Part shown: in pieces, positions 33,594-42,430 of the stretch
Layout of the letters: each line of letters begins with the position of its first letter
Numbering within the stretch: position 1 is the stretch's first letter
NCBI GenBank assembly: GCA_963816995.1
Contig: CAWFMI010000004.1
Span: 95,973-159,972 of the forward strand
DNA: 64,000 bases
Source of the DNA: an uncultured Actinomycetota bacterium
Lineage (GTDB): Bacteria; Actinomycetota; Actinomycetes; Mycobacteriales; Pseudonocardiaceae
Reading direction: 5' to 3'
Notes under the pieces: generated by a model
Databases searched by the model: none
Told to the model about the DNA's origin: nothing
Seen by the model: only the letters and a program-made list of their open reading frames with translations
Position numbers and translations under genes: made by a program

Positions 33594-34613
33594 TCACCGG
33601 GCCAGAGCCTCGGTGAGAACCTGCTCGGGCACCGCGCCGGCCGCGATCCGGCCGTCGTCGGTGACGATCACGCTCGCCACCGCGCTGGTGATCAACCGCC
33701 CGCTGCCCCACGGCCCGTCGATCGGCCGGCCCAGCAGGGCGAGGTCCGGGACGCCCTCCGGGCGCTCGGCGTCCGGTCCGGGTGCATCGGCGACGAGCAC
33801 GGCGTCCCAACCGTCGCCCACGGTGGTGGGCTCGACCTCGCCGGCCGGATGCCCTTCGGGGCGCCGCCCGTCCTCGACGGTGGCCCCCGGCGGTGGGGTG
33901 AACCGGAACATCTCCGGGTCCTGCGGCCCGAACCCGATCTCGGTGAACCCGAGCTGCAGCGCCGGATCGGACGAACCCGTGGCCAGCACCGTGAGCCGCA
34001 GCGGCGTGCGGTGTTCGGCGTCCACAGCGACCCGCACCTCACGCAGGAGCGTGCGCTCCGCCGAGGCGGGCACGAGCACCAGCTCGTAGACCGGGCGGCC
34101 CGCGACCTCGGCCGTGCCGTCGACGCGGATCTCGCTCGTCGGTCGCAGCGCAGCGAGTGCCTCGGCCGCCGCGGCCCCCGGGTCGGCGTTCGCGGCGTCG
34201 CGCTCGTGCTCGCCCTCGGGTATTCGCCGCACCGTGCGGTCCTCCGAGTTCCACGACCAGAACGTCTCCCCGTCGGACACCAGCGTGCGCTCACCCGAAG
34301 CGGTGGGAAGTTGAACGCGGCCACGACGGTCGCCGTCGGTCCACATGCGCGCCGTGCTCGTGCCGTTCGCGGCCTGCGGTACGCCGGGCAGCGCCGGCAG
34401 CCCGAGCCCGTTCTCCAGCTCGACCGCGCCGGACAGCGGCTGCGGTTCGGCCGCGAGCACCGAGCGGACCAGCTCTTCCGGGTCGACGGGCGGGAGCTGC
34501 GGCTGCGCGCCGGCCCCCGCCGGAACCGCGAGCAGACCCAGCCCCACCGCCCCCGCCACCGCGATTGCCGCGGCGGCCGTGCGTCCGGTTCTGTTGCTGC
34601 GAGCGGTGGCCAT
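33594..34613 (-). CDS. Secreted LolA-like (lipoprotein-carrier fold) protein
   Basis: Signal peptide TAAAAIAVAGAVGLGLLAVPAGAGA. The central ...ARMWTDGDRRGRVQLPTASGERTLVSDGETFWSWNSEDRTV... resembles LolA/RseB-like half-barrels. Assignment is from memory. Confidence 0.45.
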   Translation of the reverse strand: MATARSNRTGRTAAAAIAVAGAVGLGLLAVPAGAGAQPQLPPVDPEELVRSVLAAEPQPLSGAVELENGLGLPALPGVPQAANGTSTARMWTDGDRRGRVQLPTASGERTLVSDGETFWSWNSEDRTVRRIPEGEHERDAANADPGAAAAEALAALRPTSEIRVDGTAEVAGRPVYELVLVPASAERTLLREVRVAVDAEHRTPLRLTVLATGSSDPALQLGFTEIGFGPQDPEMFRFTPPPGATVEDGRRPEGHPAGEVEPTTVGDGWDAVLVADAPGPDAERPEGVPDLALLGRPIDGPWGSGRLITSAVASVIVTDDGRIAAGAVPEQVLTEALAR

Positions 34614-34687
34614 GAGGCATAGCGTGACGGATGCGCGCTGAGAGTGTTCTGAGGTGTGCGGATGCGGGTGCGGGTAGCGTCCGCCAG

Positions 34688-35371
34688 GTGGCGCGCGTGC
34701 TTGTGGTGGACGACGAGCCGGGCATCCGGACGGCAGTTGCGCGCGGCCTGACGGCGGAGGGAATGGAGGTCGTCGCCGTGGGCGACGGCCACTCGGGCTT
34801 GAACGCCGCCCTCACCGGCAGCTTCGACGCCGTCGTGCTCGACATCATCCTCCCCGGGATCTCCGGATACCGGGTGCTCGAACAGCTGCGCGCCGCAGGC
34901 GTGGACACCCCGGTGCTGCTGCTCTCGGCGAAGGACGGCGAGTTCGACCAGGCCGACGGCCTCGACCTCGGCGCCGACGGCTACCTCGTCAAGCCCTTCG
35001 CGTTCGTCGTCCTGGTGGCCCAGCTGCGCGCCATGCTCCGCCGCCGCGACGCAGCGCTCGGCCGCACCGGCCAGCGCGTCCGGCTCGGCCCGCTGCTCGT
35101 CGACCCGGCCGCCCGCGCCGTCAGCTGGCACGGCGACGTCGTGGAGCTGTCGCCCCGCGAGTTCGCCCTGCTGCACGCCCTCGCCAGCCGGCCGGACACC
35201 GCAGTCGCCAAGGACGAGCTCCTGCGCCTCGTATGGGGAGACGAACAGGCCGCCAGCCGCAACGTCGTCGAGGTCTACGTCGGCTACGTCCGGCGCAAGC
35301 TCGACGCGGTGGGCGCCGGGCACGTGCTCAAGACCGTCCGCGGCTTCGGGTACATCGTCGAGGCGCCATGA
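34688..35371 (+). CDS. OmpR-family response regulator
   Basis: VLVVDDEPGIR, DAVVLDIILPGISG, LLLSAKDG and the wHTH TVRGFGYIV. GTG 34688 chosen as start. Confidence 0.9.
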   Translation: MARVLVVDDEPGIRTAVARGLTAEGMEVVAVGDGHSGLNAALTGSFDAVVLDIILPGISGYRVLEQLRAAGVDTPVLLLSAKDGEFDQADGLDLGADGYLVKPFAFVVLVAQLRAMLRRRDAALGRTGQRVRLGPLLVDPAARAVSWHGDVVELSPREFALLHALASRPDTAVAKDELLRLVWGDEQAASRNVVEVYVGYVRRKLDAVGAGHVLKTVRGFGYIVEAP

Positions 35372-35387
35372 CCAGCGTGGTGGCCCC

Positions 35388-36755
35388 GTGAACCTCTGTG
35401 GCCACCGCGCCAGGTTCCGGCGCTGGTGGTCGGCCCGGCCGCTGCGGCTGCGCATCACGCTCGTGGTCGGATGCGTCGCGCTGGTCGGCCTGCTCGCCCT
35501 GAGCAGGCTCGGCGTCAGCCTCCTCTACGACACGATGCTCGGCGCCGCCGACGCCGAGATGCGCGCCGATGCCCGCGCCGTGGCCGAGCAGCTGGCGAGC
35601 GGAACATCGCCCGCCCAGGTCCGCAGGTTCGAGCTGCGTGTCGTCGAAACGACCGGGATCCCCGTCGACGGCGGCCCGGCCCTGCCGCTGCGGGCCGACC
35701 AGACCCGCTCGCTCGCCGCGGGCGACGCGTTCGTCGTCGGCGACTTCAGGGAGCTGCGCCGCTGGCTCGCCGTACCCGCCGTGATGCCGGACGGCTCGCC
35801 CCGGCTCGTCGTCGTCACCTCCGACCTCGTGGGCGGGGCCATCCTGCTGGCGAACGCCGCGGTCGGGTTCGTCGTCGGCGCGCTGATCGTGGCCGCCGTC
35901 GTGGCGCTCGCGGGATGGGCGGCCACCCGGGCCGCGCTGCGCCCCGTCGACCGGATGCGCGTTTCCGCCGCGGCACTGCCACCGGGGGAGCGGCTACCCG
36001 TGCCGGTGGCCCGCGACGAGCTGCGCGCGCTCGCGGAAGAGTTCAACGCCCTGCTCGCCCGACGCGACGAGGCGGTGGCCCGGCTCGAGCGGTTCACCGG
36101 CGACGCCGCCCACGAGCTGCGCTCCCCGGTGGCCGCGATCCGGGCCCAGGCCGAGGTCGCCGTCGCCCACCCGGACCCCGACCTCACCGACGAGACGCTG
36201 CGCGCCGTCGTCGACGAGGCCACGCGGCTCACCACCATGCTGTCCGACCTGCTCGCCCTCGCCCGCGCCGACGCCGGGCAGCGCCCGCCCGCCCAGCCCG
36301 TCGACCTCATCGGGGCCGCGCAGGCCGCCATCGTCCGCGCCGGCGGCGGTCCCCGGTGCGGCCGGCTCGAGGACCCGGTGCTGCAGCTCGTGGCGCCCAC
36401 CCCGGCCGAGGTCGGGGCGAGCCCGTCGGAGGTGGCGCTGGTGCTGGACAACCTCGTCGCCAACGCGCGGCGCTACGCCCGGTCACTGGTGCGGATCAGC
36501 ATCCTGCCGGCGGGCCGGGTGGTGCGACTGCTGGTCGAGGACGACGGGCCGGGCATCCCGGAGGCCGATCGCGAGCGCGTCTTCGACCGGTTCGTGCGGG
36601 TCGCCCCCGAGGCCGGCGGTGGGGCCGGTCTCGGGCTGGCGCTGGTCGCCGCCCTCGTGCACGGCCGCGGCGGCGTCGTGTCGGCCGGCGCAACCCCCAC
36701 CGGCGGCGGGCGGATCGAGGTGCGCTGGCCCGCCGTGACCAGCCGCGGAGCGTGA
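35388..36755 (+). CDS. Sensor histidine kinase
   Basis: Two TM segments flank a loop of about 140 aa. H-box FTGDAAHELRSPVAAI, N-box NLVANARRYA, G-boxes DDGPGIP and GGAGLGLALV. Confidence 0.9.
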   Translation: MNLCGHRARFRRWWSARPLRLRITLVVGCVALVGLLALSRLGVSLLYDTMLGAADAEMRADARAVAEQLASGTSPAQVRRFELRVVETTGIPVDGGPALPLRADQTRSLAAGDAFVVGDFRELRRWLAVPAVMPDGSPRLVVVTSDLVGGAILLANAAVGFVVGALIVAAVVALAGWAATRAALRPVDRMRVSAAALPPGERLPVPVARDELRALAEEFNALLARRDEAVARLERFTGDAAHELRSPVAAIRAQAEVAVAHPDPDLTDETLRAVVDEATRLTTMLSDLLALARADAGQRPPAQPVDLIGAAQAAIVRAGGGPRCGRLEDPVLQLVAPTPAEVGASPSEVALVLDNLVANARRYARSLVRISILPAGRVVRLLVEDDGPGIPEADRERVFDRFVRVAPEAGGGAGLGLALVAALVHGRGGVVSAGATPTGGGRIEVRWPAVTSRGA

Positions 36756-36783
36756 GCCACTGCCCGGCCCCGGCCGCCTGAAC

Positions 36784-36949
36784 GCGCAACTCACCGCGCA
36801 CGAACGCGAGACTCACCCTGCTGAAACGCGAGACTCGCCCTGCTGAAACGCGGGACTCGCCAGAGCTCGCGCGAGTCTCCCGTTCGGACAGGGTGAGTCT
36901 CGCGTTCCGACAGGGTGAGTCTCGCGTTCGGACGCGGTGAGTTGCGCGG
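36784..36949. repeat. 166-bp stacked-unit palindrome (four units of about 22 bp per arm)
   Basis: Left units start at 36784, 36804, 36826 and 36848 (AACGCGAGACTCACCCTG type). They pair with right units at 36934, 36912, 36890 and 36871: 16/16, 18/18, 17/18 and partial. Lies between the convergent kinase and DivIVA-like genes. Confidence 0.9.
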
Positions 36950-36976
36950 CGCGCTACGCGGGACCGGGAGCGATCG

Positions 36977-38455
36977 TCACGGGTAGCGGCGCGGGGGTGC
37001 GACCTGCTGGTCCTGCTCCTCGATCGGGATCCGGGACGGGCCCGGCACGTCCGACGCCTCCGGGTCGCTGGGCGGGATGCGCATCGGCTGGGCGCGCTGG
37101 GTGTCGCTCGGGGCGAGCCCGAGGTCGGCCAGCCCGGGCTGGGTCTGCTCGAGCAGGGTGCCCTGGTCCGCTGCCGGGTGCAGCGCCTCGGCCGCGCCCG
37201 CCGGTCGGGTCGGGAACGACGTGGGCGGGACCGGCCATCCCGCCGGCACCGCGAGGGGGGCGCGTGCGGGCAGCGTGGGCGGGGGGAGCTGCAGGCCGGT
37301 GCCGTGTTCGAGGTGGAGCTGACCGGCGGCGGACGAGGGCTCGAGCTGTGCGGCTGCGAACTCGGCCTGCGGCGATCCGGCGGGTGCGGCGCGGTGCTGG
37401 CCGCCGGCCTCGGTGGATGCGGCAGCAGCTGTGACGGGCGACAACGGCGCCGCGGTGCCGGACGGGGCGGGATCGGCCGGAGCCGTCGATCCGCCGTCGG
37501 ACGGGCTCGGCCCTGCCGTCGCGGCCGAGCCGTCGCTGGACGGGGTCGGGTCGGCCGGAGGCATCGTGGCCGGCGGTTGGTCCGCCTGCTTCGGGCCGGC
37601 CCCCTTGACGGAGCCCGCGTCGCCGTGCCCGCCGGCGGCCCGGCCCTCGGGGATCGCCCGGTCGAGCAGCTGGCGGCTCGTGTCGAGCTGGGCGGCGAGG
37701 TGCAGCCGCAGATCCTGCAGGTCGTCGACCTGGCGCTGGGCGTCCTCGACGGTCTGGCGCACCGCGTCCTTGGCGTCCGCCAGGACCGTGCGGGCCTGCT
37801 CGTCGGCGTCGTCCATCACGTGACGGGCGCTGCGCAGCGCCTCCGTCTGCAGCTTCGCCAGCTGCGCCAACGCCTCGCGGCAACGCAGCGCGAGGACCTG
37901 GCGGAACTCCTCGTCGGCCGCGGCGCGCCGGGTGGCCGCCTCGTCGTCGAGGCGGGTGCGCTCCTCGGCGGACTCGCGGCGCATCCGCTCGAGCTCGTCC
38001 TCGTCGCGCGGGCCGCGCAGTTCGGCCTCGGCGAAGCCGAAACCGCCCACGTCGCCGGGCTCGGCGCCGACGGAGGCGATGATCTCCGCGGCGTGCGCGG
38101 CGGCCTGGGCGGACGTGTCGGCGCGCAGGCCGGTGAACTCGTCCTTGGCCAGGCGCAGCATCACCTGCAGGCGCTCGTTCATGCTCTGGACGGTGTCGGG
38201 TGGCCCGGACAGCACCCGCAGCTCGCTGCGCAGCCGATCGATCTCGGTGCGCGCGGCGTCCAGCTCCTTGCGGCACGTCGCGAGCTTCTGGCCCAGCTGG
38301 GAGGCCTGCTCGGCGGCGGCCGCGCGGTCAGCGGCGAGGATCGTGGTTTCGGCGTCGACGCGGTTGAGGTGGTACGCCACCTGGTCCGGGTCGTAGCCAC
38401 GACGCACGACCGCGAACGCGGGGGCGGCGATCGGCGCCTGCTCGGCTGCTGCCAT
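36977..38455 (-). CDS. DivIVA-domain coiled-coil protein with a Pro/Ala-rich C-terminal tail
   Basis: N-terminal FAVVRRGYDPDQVAYHLNRV DivIVA motif, followed by long heptad-like Ala/Glu/Arg-rich helices. Confidence 0.8.
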   Translation of the reverse strand: MAAAEQAPIAAPAFAVVRRGYDPDQVAYHLNRVDAETTILAADRAAAAEQASQLGQKLATCRKELDAARTEIDRLRSELRVLSGPPDTVQSMNERLQVMLRLAKDEFTGLRADTSAQAAAHAAEIIASVGAEPGDVGGFGFAEAELRGPRDEDELERMRRESAEERTRLDDEAATRRAAADEEFRQVLALRCREALAQLAKLQTEALRSARHVMDDADEQARTVLADAKDAVRQTVEDAQRQVDDLQDLRLHLAAQLDTSRQLLDRAIPEGRAAGGHGDAGSVKGAGPKQADQPPATMPPADPTPSSDGSAATAGPSPSDGGSTAPADPAPSGTAAPLSPVTAAAASTEAGGQHRAAPAGSPQAEFAAAQLEPSSAAGQLHLEHGTGLQLPPPTLPARAPLAVPAGWPVPPTSFPTRPAGAAEALHPAADQGTLLEQTQPGLADLGLAPSDTQRAQPMRIPPSDPEASDVPGPSRIPIEEQDQQVAPPRRYP

Positions 38456-38576
38456 GTGGATCACGGTACGAGCGGCGTGCCGCCGCAGGCGTCAGTCCCA
38501 CGGCTATTTCACCTGGTCGTGGCGGTTGCGGCGGGCCAAAGCGGCGTGTTGCTCCGGGCGCTGCCACGATCGTGAG

Positions 38577-39458
38577 GTGCCCGTCCTGCGGTCGACCGTG
38601 CTGATCGATGCCCCGCAGCGCACCGTCGCCGGCCTCTTGCGCGATGCCGAGGTGTCGGAGGAGGCGATGCGCCGCTGCGGCCACCGGTTCGCGGCGGTCA
38701 GCCGGCTGGTGTGTCTCGGCGAAACCGTCCGGTTCGGGGTGCGGGTGGCTCCGGGCGTGCGGATCCCGCTGAGCACCCGGATCACCGCGGTGTCGCCGGC
38801 GGGGATCGAGTCCGTCCTGGTTGCCGGGCCGTTGCGCGCGCTGACCCACCGCGCCACCCTCACCACGACGGCCGCCGGCACCCTCGTGCTCGACGAGGTC
38901 GAATGGACCACGCCGCTGGGCCGGTTCGGGCGCTTCGGCGACGTGCTGCTCGGACGGAGGCTCGTGCTGCGGCTGCTGGCCGCGCGCTCGGAGGCGCTGG
39001 CGGAGCGGGCGGCGGAGGTGACCGGTTGGCCCGTCGTCGTCGCCACCGCGCTGCTGCGCGACGGTGCCGTGCTCACCGCGCAACGCACCCGGCCGCCCGA
39101 GCTCGCCGGACGCTGGGAGCTGCCGGGCGGGCGGGTGGAGCCGGGGGAGTCCGAGCCAGACGCCGTCGTGCGCGAGCTGCGGGAGGAGCTGGGAGCCGAC
39201 GTCCGCGCGACCGGACGGCTCGGCACCGACCTGCCGCTCACCGGCGTGCTGCTGCGCGTGCACACCGCCGGGCTCGCGCCGGGCAGCCCCGAGCCGCGGC
39301 CGCTGGAGCACGCCGCCCTGCGCTGGGTCGTTGCGGCGGAGGTGCCGGCGGTCGAGTGGGTCGATGCCGACCGCGCGGTCGCCGCCGACCTGGTGGCCCT
39401 TCTCCGGGAGGGAGCGGCCGCCGCTCCCGCGGCCGTCGGGCGCTCCGAGGACTATTGA
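38577..39458 (+). CDS. NUDIX hydrolase (MutT-like) with an N-terminal SRPBCC-like domain
   Basis: Nudix box GRWELPGGRVEPGESEPDAVVRELREELG. Start uncertain (GTG 38577 chosen; the ORF opens at 38454). Confidence 0.75.
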   Translation: MPVLRSTVLIDAPQRTVAGLLRDAEVSEEAMRRCGHRFAAVSRLVCLGETVRFGVRVAPGVRIPLSTRITAVSPAGIESVLVAGPLRALTHRATLTTTAAGTLVLDEVEWTTPLGRFGRFGDVLLGRRLVLRLLAARSEALAERAAEVTGWPVVVATALLRDGAVLTAQRTRPPELAGRWELPGGRVEPGESEPDAVVRELREELGADVRATGRLGTDLPLTGVLLRVHTAGLAPGSPEPRPLEHAALRWVVAAEVPAVEWVDADRAVAADLVALLREGAAAAPAAVGRSEDY

Positions 39459-39529
39459 TCGCCGCGACTCACACATGAGGTCGGCGGAGCGTTCGCAGTC
39501 GTGAACCGGAAGGAACCGCACGGCGGTTC

Positions 39530-40414
39530 GTGTCGTCCGTGCCGGGCATGGTTCTCGACTTCCTCCTCACCCGCCAGGCGGGTGTGATCTCCCGCGAGCA
39601 GGCGTTGGGCGCCGGCCTCGGCGCGGCGACGGTGGACCGGCTGGTGCGGACGCGGCGGTGGCAGCCGCTGCATCCGCGGGTCTACCTGGCACCCGAGTAC
39701 GAATGCGGCCACGAGGCGCGGGCGTGGGCGGCCGTTCTGTGGGCGGGTGACCGTGCGGTGCTGTCGGGTGCGGCAGCCGCGTGGTGGCACGGGATGGTGT
39801 GCGCCGCGCCGGCCACGTTCGGCGTGACCGCGCCGGTCCGCAGGCCCGTGCGGCCGGAGGTCGTCGTGCGGTGCCGGCTCCTCGACACGGCGGATCTCAC
39901 GACGTACCGAGGCCTCCCGGTCACCGCTCCCGGGCTCACCGCGCTGGAGGCGGCCGCCGAACTCGGCGGGCCGGCCGGGGAGGTGCTGCTCGACCGCGCT
40001 CTGCAGGACCTGGTCTCCTGGACCGACCTGCTCGCCGCGCACCGGCGCAACCCCGCGACGGCCGGTGCCGCCCTGCTGGCTGGGGCCACCGCGCGGTCCA
40101 CCGCCGAGGCGGGGGCGATTCTGATCCGGTTGCTGGGGAGGGCGGGGTGGCGCGGGTGGCACCGGTTGCCCGCCAGGTCGGGCCGGTCTGCAACGGTCGT
40201 GTTCCCGGCCGCCCGGGTCGCTGTCGAGGTCATGGGCTGGGCTCCTGCGCGTGCCGGGGCGCCGCCGCCGGGCTGGCGGGTGCTCCGCGTCGACCGCGCC
40301 GAGCTCGCCGCTCGGCCGACGGCAGTGCTGGCGGGGATCGCCACCGCGGTCGAGGGACGTGATCTCCACCACCTCGGAGCCCGGATCAGGCCCTCCACCG
40401 GGATCTGGAGGTGA
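39530..40414 (+). CDS. AbiEi-N-like / DUF559-like protein with a degenerate endonuclease motif
   Basis: N-terminus GVISREQALGAGLGAATVDRLVRTRRWQPLHPRVY resembles the AbiEi_4 HTH. The C-terminal VAVEVMGW stands where DUF559 proteins usually have VAVE(V/C)DG. Confidence 0.45.
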   Translation: MSSVPGMVLDFLLTRQAGVISREQALGAGLGAATVDRLVRTRRWQPLHPRVYLAPEYECGHEARAWAAVLWAGDRAVLSGAAAAWWHGMVCAAPATFGVTAPVRRPVRPEVVVRCRLLDTADLTTYRGLPVTAPGLTALEAAAELGGPAGEVLLDRALQDLVSWTDLLAAHRRNPATAGAALLAGATARSTAEAGAILIRLLGRAGWRGWHRLPARSGRSATVVFPAARVAVEVMGWAPARAGAPPPGWRVLRVDRAELAARPTAVLAGIATAVEGRDLHHLGARIRPSTGIWR

Positions 40415-40467
40415 GGCTGTCCTCACTCCCACGGCAAGGCCGGCGGGGTGTCGAGCTACCGTTAAGT

Positions 40468-42396
40468 GTGAGCACAGCAGCATCCACCCTCGCGGCTCCC
40501 GCGCAGCGGTCCGGCGGGTCCCGCGAATCGGGCGGTCGGCTGCGCAATGTCGCCATCGTCGCCCACGTCGACCACGGCAAGACCACCCTCGTCGACGCCA
40601 TGCTCCGCGCCTCGGGCGCGTTCGGCGAGCGCGCCGCCGTGGTCGACCGGATCATGGACTCCGGCGACCTGGAGCGTGAGAAGGGCATCACGATCCTCGC
40701 CAAGCACACGGCGATCGCCTGGCACGGCATGACACTCAACGTCGTCGACACGCCGGGCCACGCCGACTTCGGCGGAGAGGTCGAGCGCGGCCTGTCGATG
40801 GTCGACGGTGTCGTGCTGCTCGTCGACGCGAGCGAGGGGCCGCTGCCGCAGACCAGGTTCGTGCTGCGCAAGACCCTCGCCGCCGGCCTCCCGGTCGTCC
40901 TGGTGGTCAACAAGACCGACCGGCCGGACGCCCGCTGCAGCGAGGTCGTCAACGAGAGCCTCGAGCTGCTGCTGGAGCTGGCCGACGAGCTGGACCTCGA
41001 CGAGGACACCACGGGGCAGCTGCTGGACCTGCCCGTCGTCTACGCGAGTGGCCGCGCCGGGCGCGCCTCGCGTACCCGCCCGGCCGACGGCGACATGCCG
41101 GCCGATCCGGGTCTCGAGGCCCTGTTCGACGTCATCGCGGAGACGGTTCCGCCGCCCGCCGACGACCCGAGCGCGCCGCTGCAGGCGCACGTCACCAACC
41201 TCGACGCCACGAGCTTCCTCGGCCGCATCGCGCTGTGCCGGGTGCGGGCGGGCGTGCTCCGCAGGGGCCAGCAGGTCGCGTGGTGCCAGGCCGACGGGTC
41301 GATCACCCGCGTCAAGATCACCGAGCTGCTCCGCACCGAGGCCCTCGAGCGGGTGCAGGCGGATTCGGCGAGCGCGGGCGACCTCGTGGCCGTGGCCGGT
41401 ATCGCCGACGTCATGATCGGCGACACCCTCGCCGACCCCGAGCAGCCGGTGCCGCTGCCGCGCATCCACGTCGACGAGCCGGCGATCGCCGTCACGATCG
41501 GCATCAACACCTCGCCGCTCGTCGGGCGCGACGAGCACCCGGGCACGAAGCTCACCGCCCGGCAGGTGAAGGGCCGTCTCGACGCCGAGCTCGTGGGCAA
41601 CGTGTCGCTGCGCGTGCTGCCCACCGAGCGCCCGGACGCCTGGGAGGTGCAGGGCCGCGGCGAGCTGGCCCTCGCCGTGCTCGTCGAGACCATGCGCCGG
41701 GAGGGCTTCGAGCTCACGGTCGGCAAGCCCGAGGTCGTCACGCGCACGATCGACGGCAGGCTGCACGAGCCGTTCGAGCAGCTGTCGGTGGACGTGCCGA
41801 CCGAGCACCTCGGCGCCGTCACGCAGCTCGTCGCCGCGCGCAAGGGCGAGCTGGGGCAGATGGTGCACGGCGACACCCGGGTGCGGATGGACTACCGGGT
41901 TCCCGCGCGCGGGCTGATCGGTTTCCGCACCGAGTTCCTGACGATCACGCGCGGCGCGGGCATCGCGAGCCACGTCTTCGACGGCTACGGCCCGTGGGTG
42001 GGCGAGCTGCGCACCCGCCTGCGCGGCTCCCTGGTGTCGGACCGGACCGGGCCGGTCACCGGGTACGCGGTCGATCAGCTCTCCGACCGCGGCGTGCTGT
42101 TCATCGGCCCCGGCACCCCGGTGTACTCGGGGATGGTGATCGGCGAGTACACCCGCGCCGAGGACCTCGAGGTGAACATCACCCGCGAGAAGAAGCTCAC
42201 CAACATGCGCTCCTCCACGGGCGACGAGCTGGTGAAGCTGACCCCGCCCACCGTGCTCAACCTCGAGCAGGCGCTGGAGTTCTGCGCCAACGACGAGTGC
42301 GTCGAGGTCACGCCGGAGTCGGTGCGGATCCGCAAGGTGGAGCTGGACTCACACACCCGTGCCCGGTTGCGGTCCCGGGCGCGCAACCCCCGCTGA
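40468..42396 (+). CDS. typA: Translational GTPase TypA/BipA
   Basis: RNVAIVAHVDHGKTTLVDAML and DTPGHADFGGEVER. EF-G-like domain order. Start uncertain (GTG 40468 chosen; the ORF opens at 40411). Confidence 0.93.
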   Translation: MSTAASTLAAPAQRSGGSRESGGRLRNVAIVAHVDHGKTTLVDAMLRASGAFGERAAVVDRIMDSGDLEREKGITILAKHTAIAWHGMTLNVVDTPGHADFGGEVERGLSMVDGVVLLVDASEGPLPQTRFVLRKTLAAGLPVVLVVNKTDRPDARCSEVVNESLELLLELADELDLDEDTTGQLLDLPVVYASGRAGRASRTRPADGDMPADPGLEALFDVIAETVPPPADDPSAPLQAHVTNLDATSFLGRIALCRVRAGVLRRGQQVAWCQADGSITRVKITELLRTEALERVQADSASAGDLVAVAGIADVMIGDTLADPEQPVPLPRIHVDEPAIAVTIGINTSPLVGRDEHPGTKLTARQVKGRLDAELVGNVSLRVLPTERPDAWEVQGRGELALAVLVETMRREGFELTVGKPEVVTRTIDGRLHEPFEQLSVDVPTEHLGAVTQLVAARKGELGQMVHGDTRVRMDYRVPARGLIGFRTEFLTITRGAGIASHVFDGYGPWVGELRTRLRGSLVSDRTGPVTGYAVDQLSDRGVLFIGPGTPVYSGMVIGEYTRAEDLEVNITREKKLTNMRSSTGDELVKLTPPTVLNLEQALEFCANDECVEVTPESVRIRKVELDSHTRARLRSRARNPR

Positions 42397-42430
42397 TCGA
42401 AGGCAACAGCACCTCCATACGGTGGACGGC

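Noticed and set aside
36784-36949. Regularly spaced 18-bp units that could be mistaken for a mini-CRISPR array
   Set aside because: The spacers are only 3-6 nt, the two halves are mutually complementary (a palindrome), and no cas genes or leader are present.
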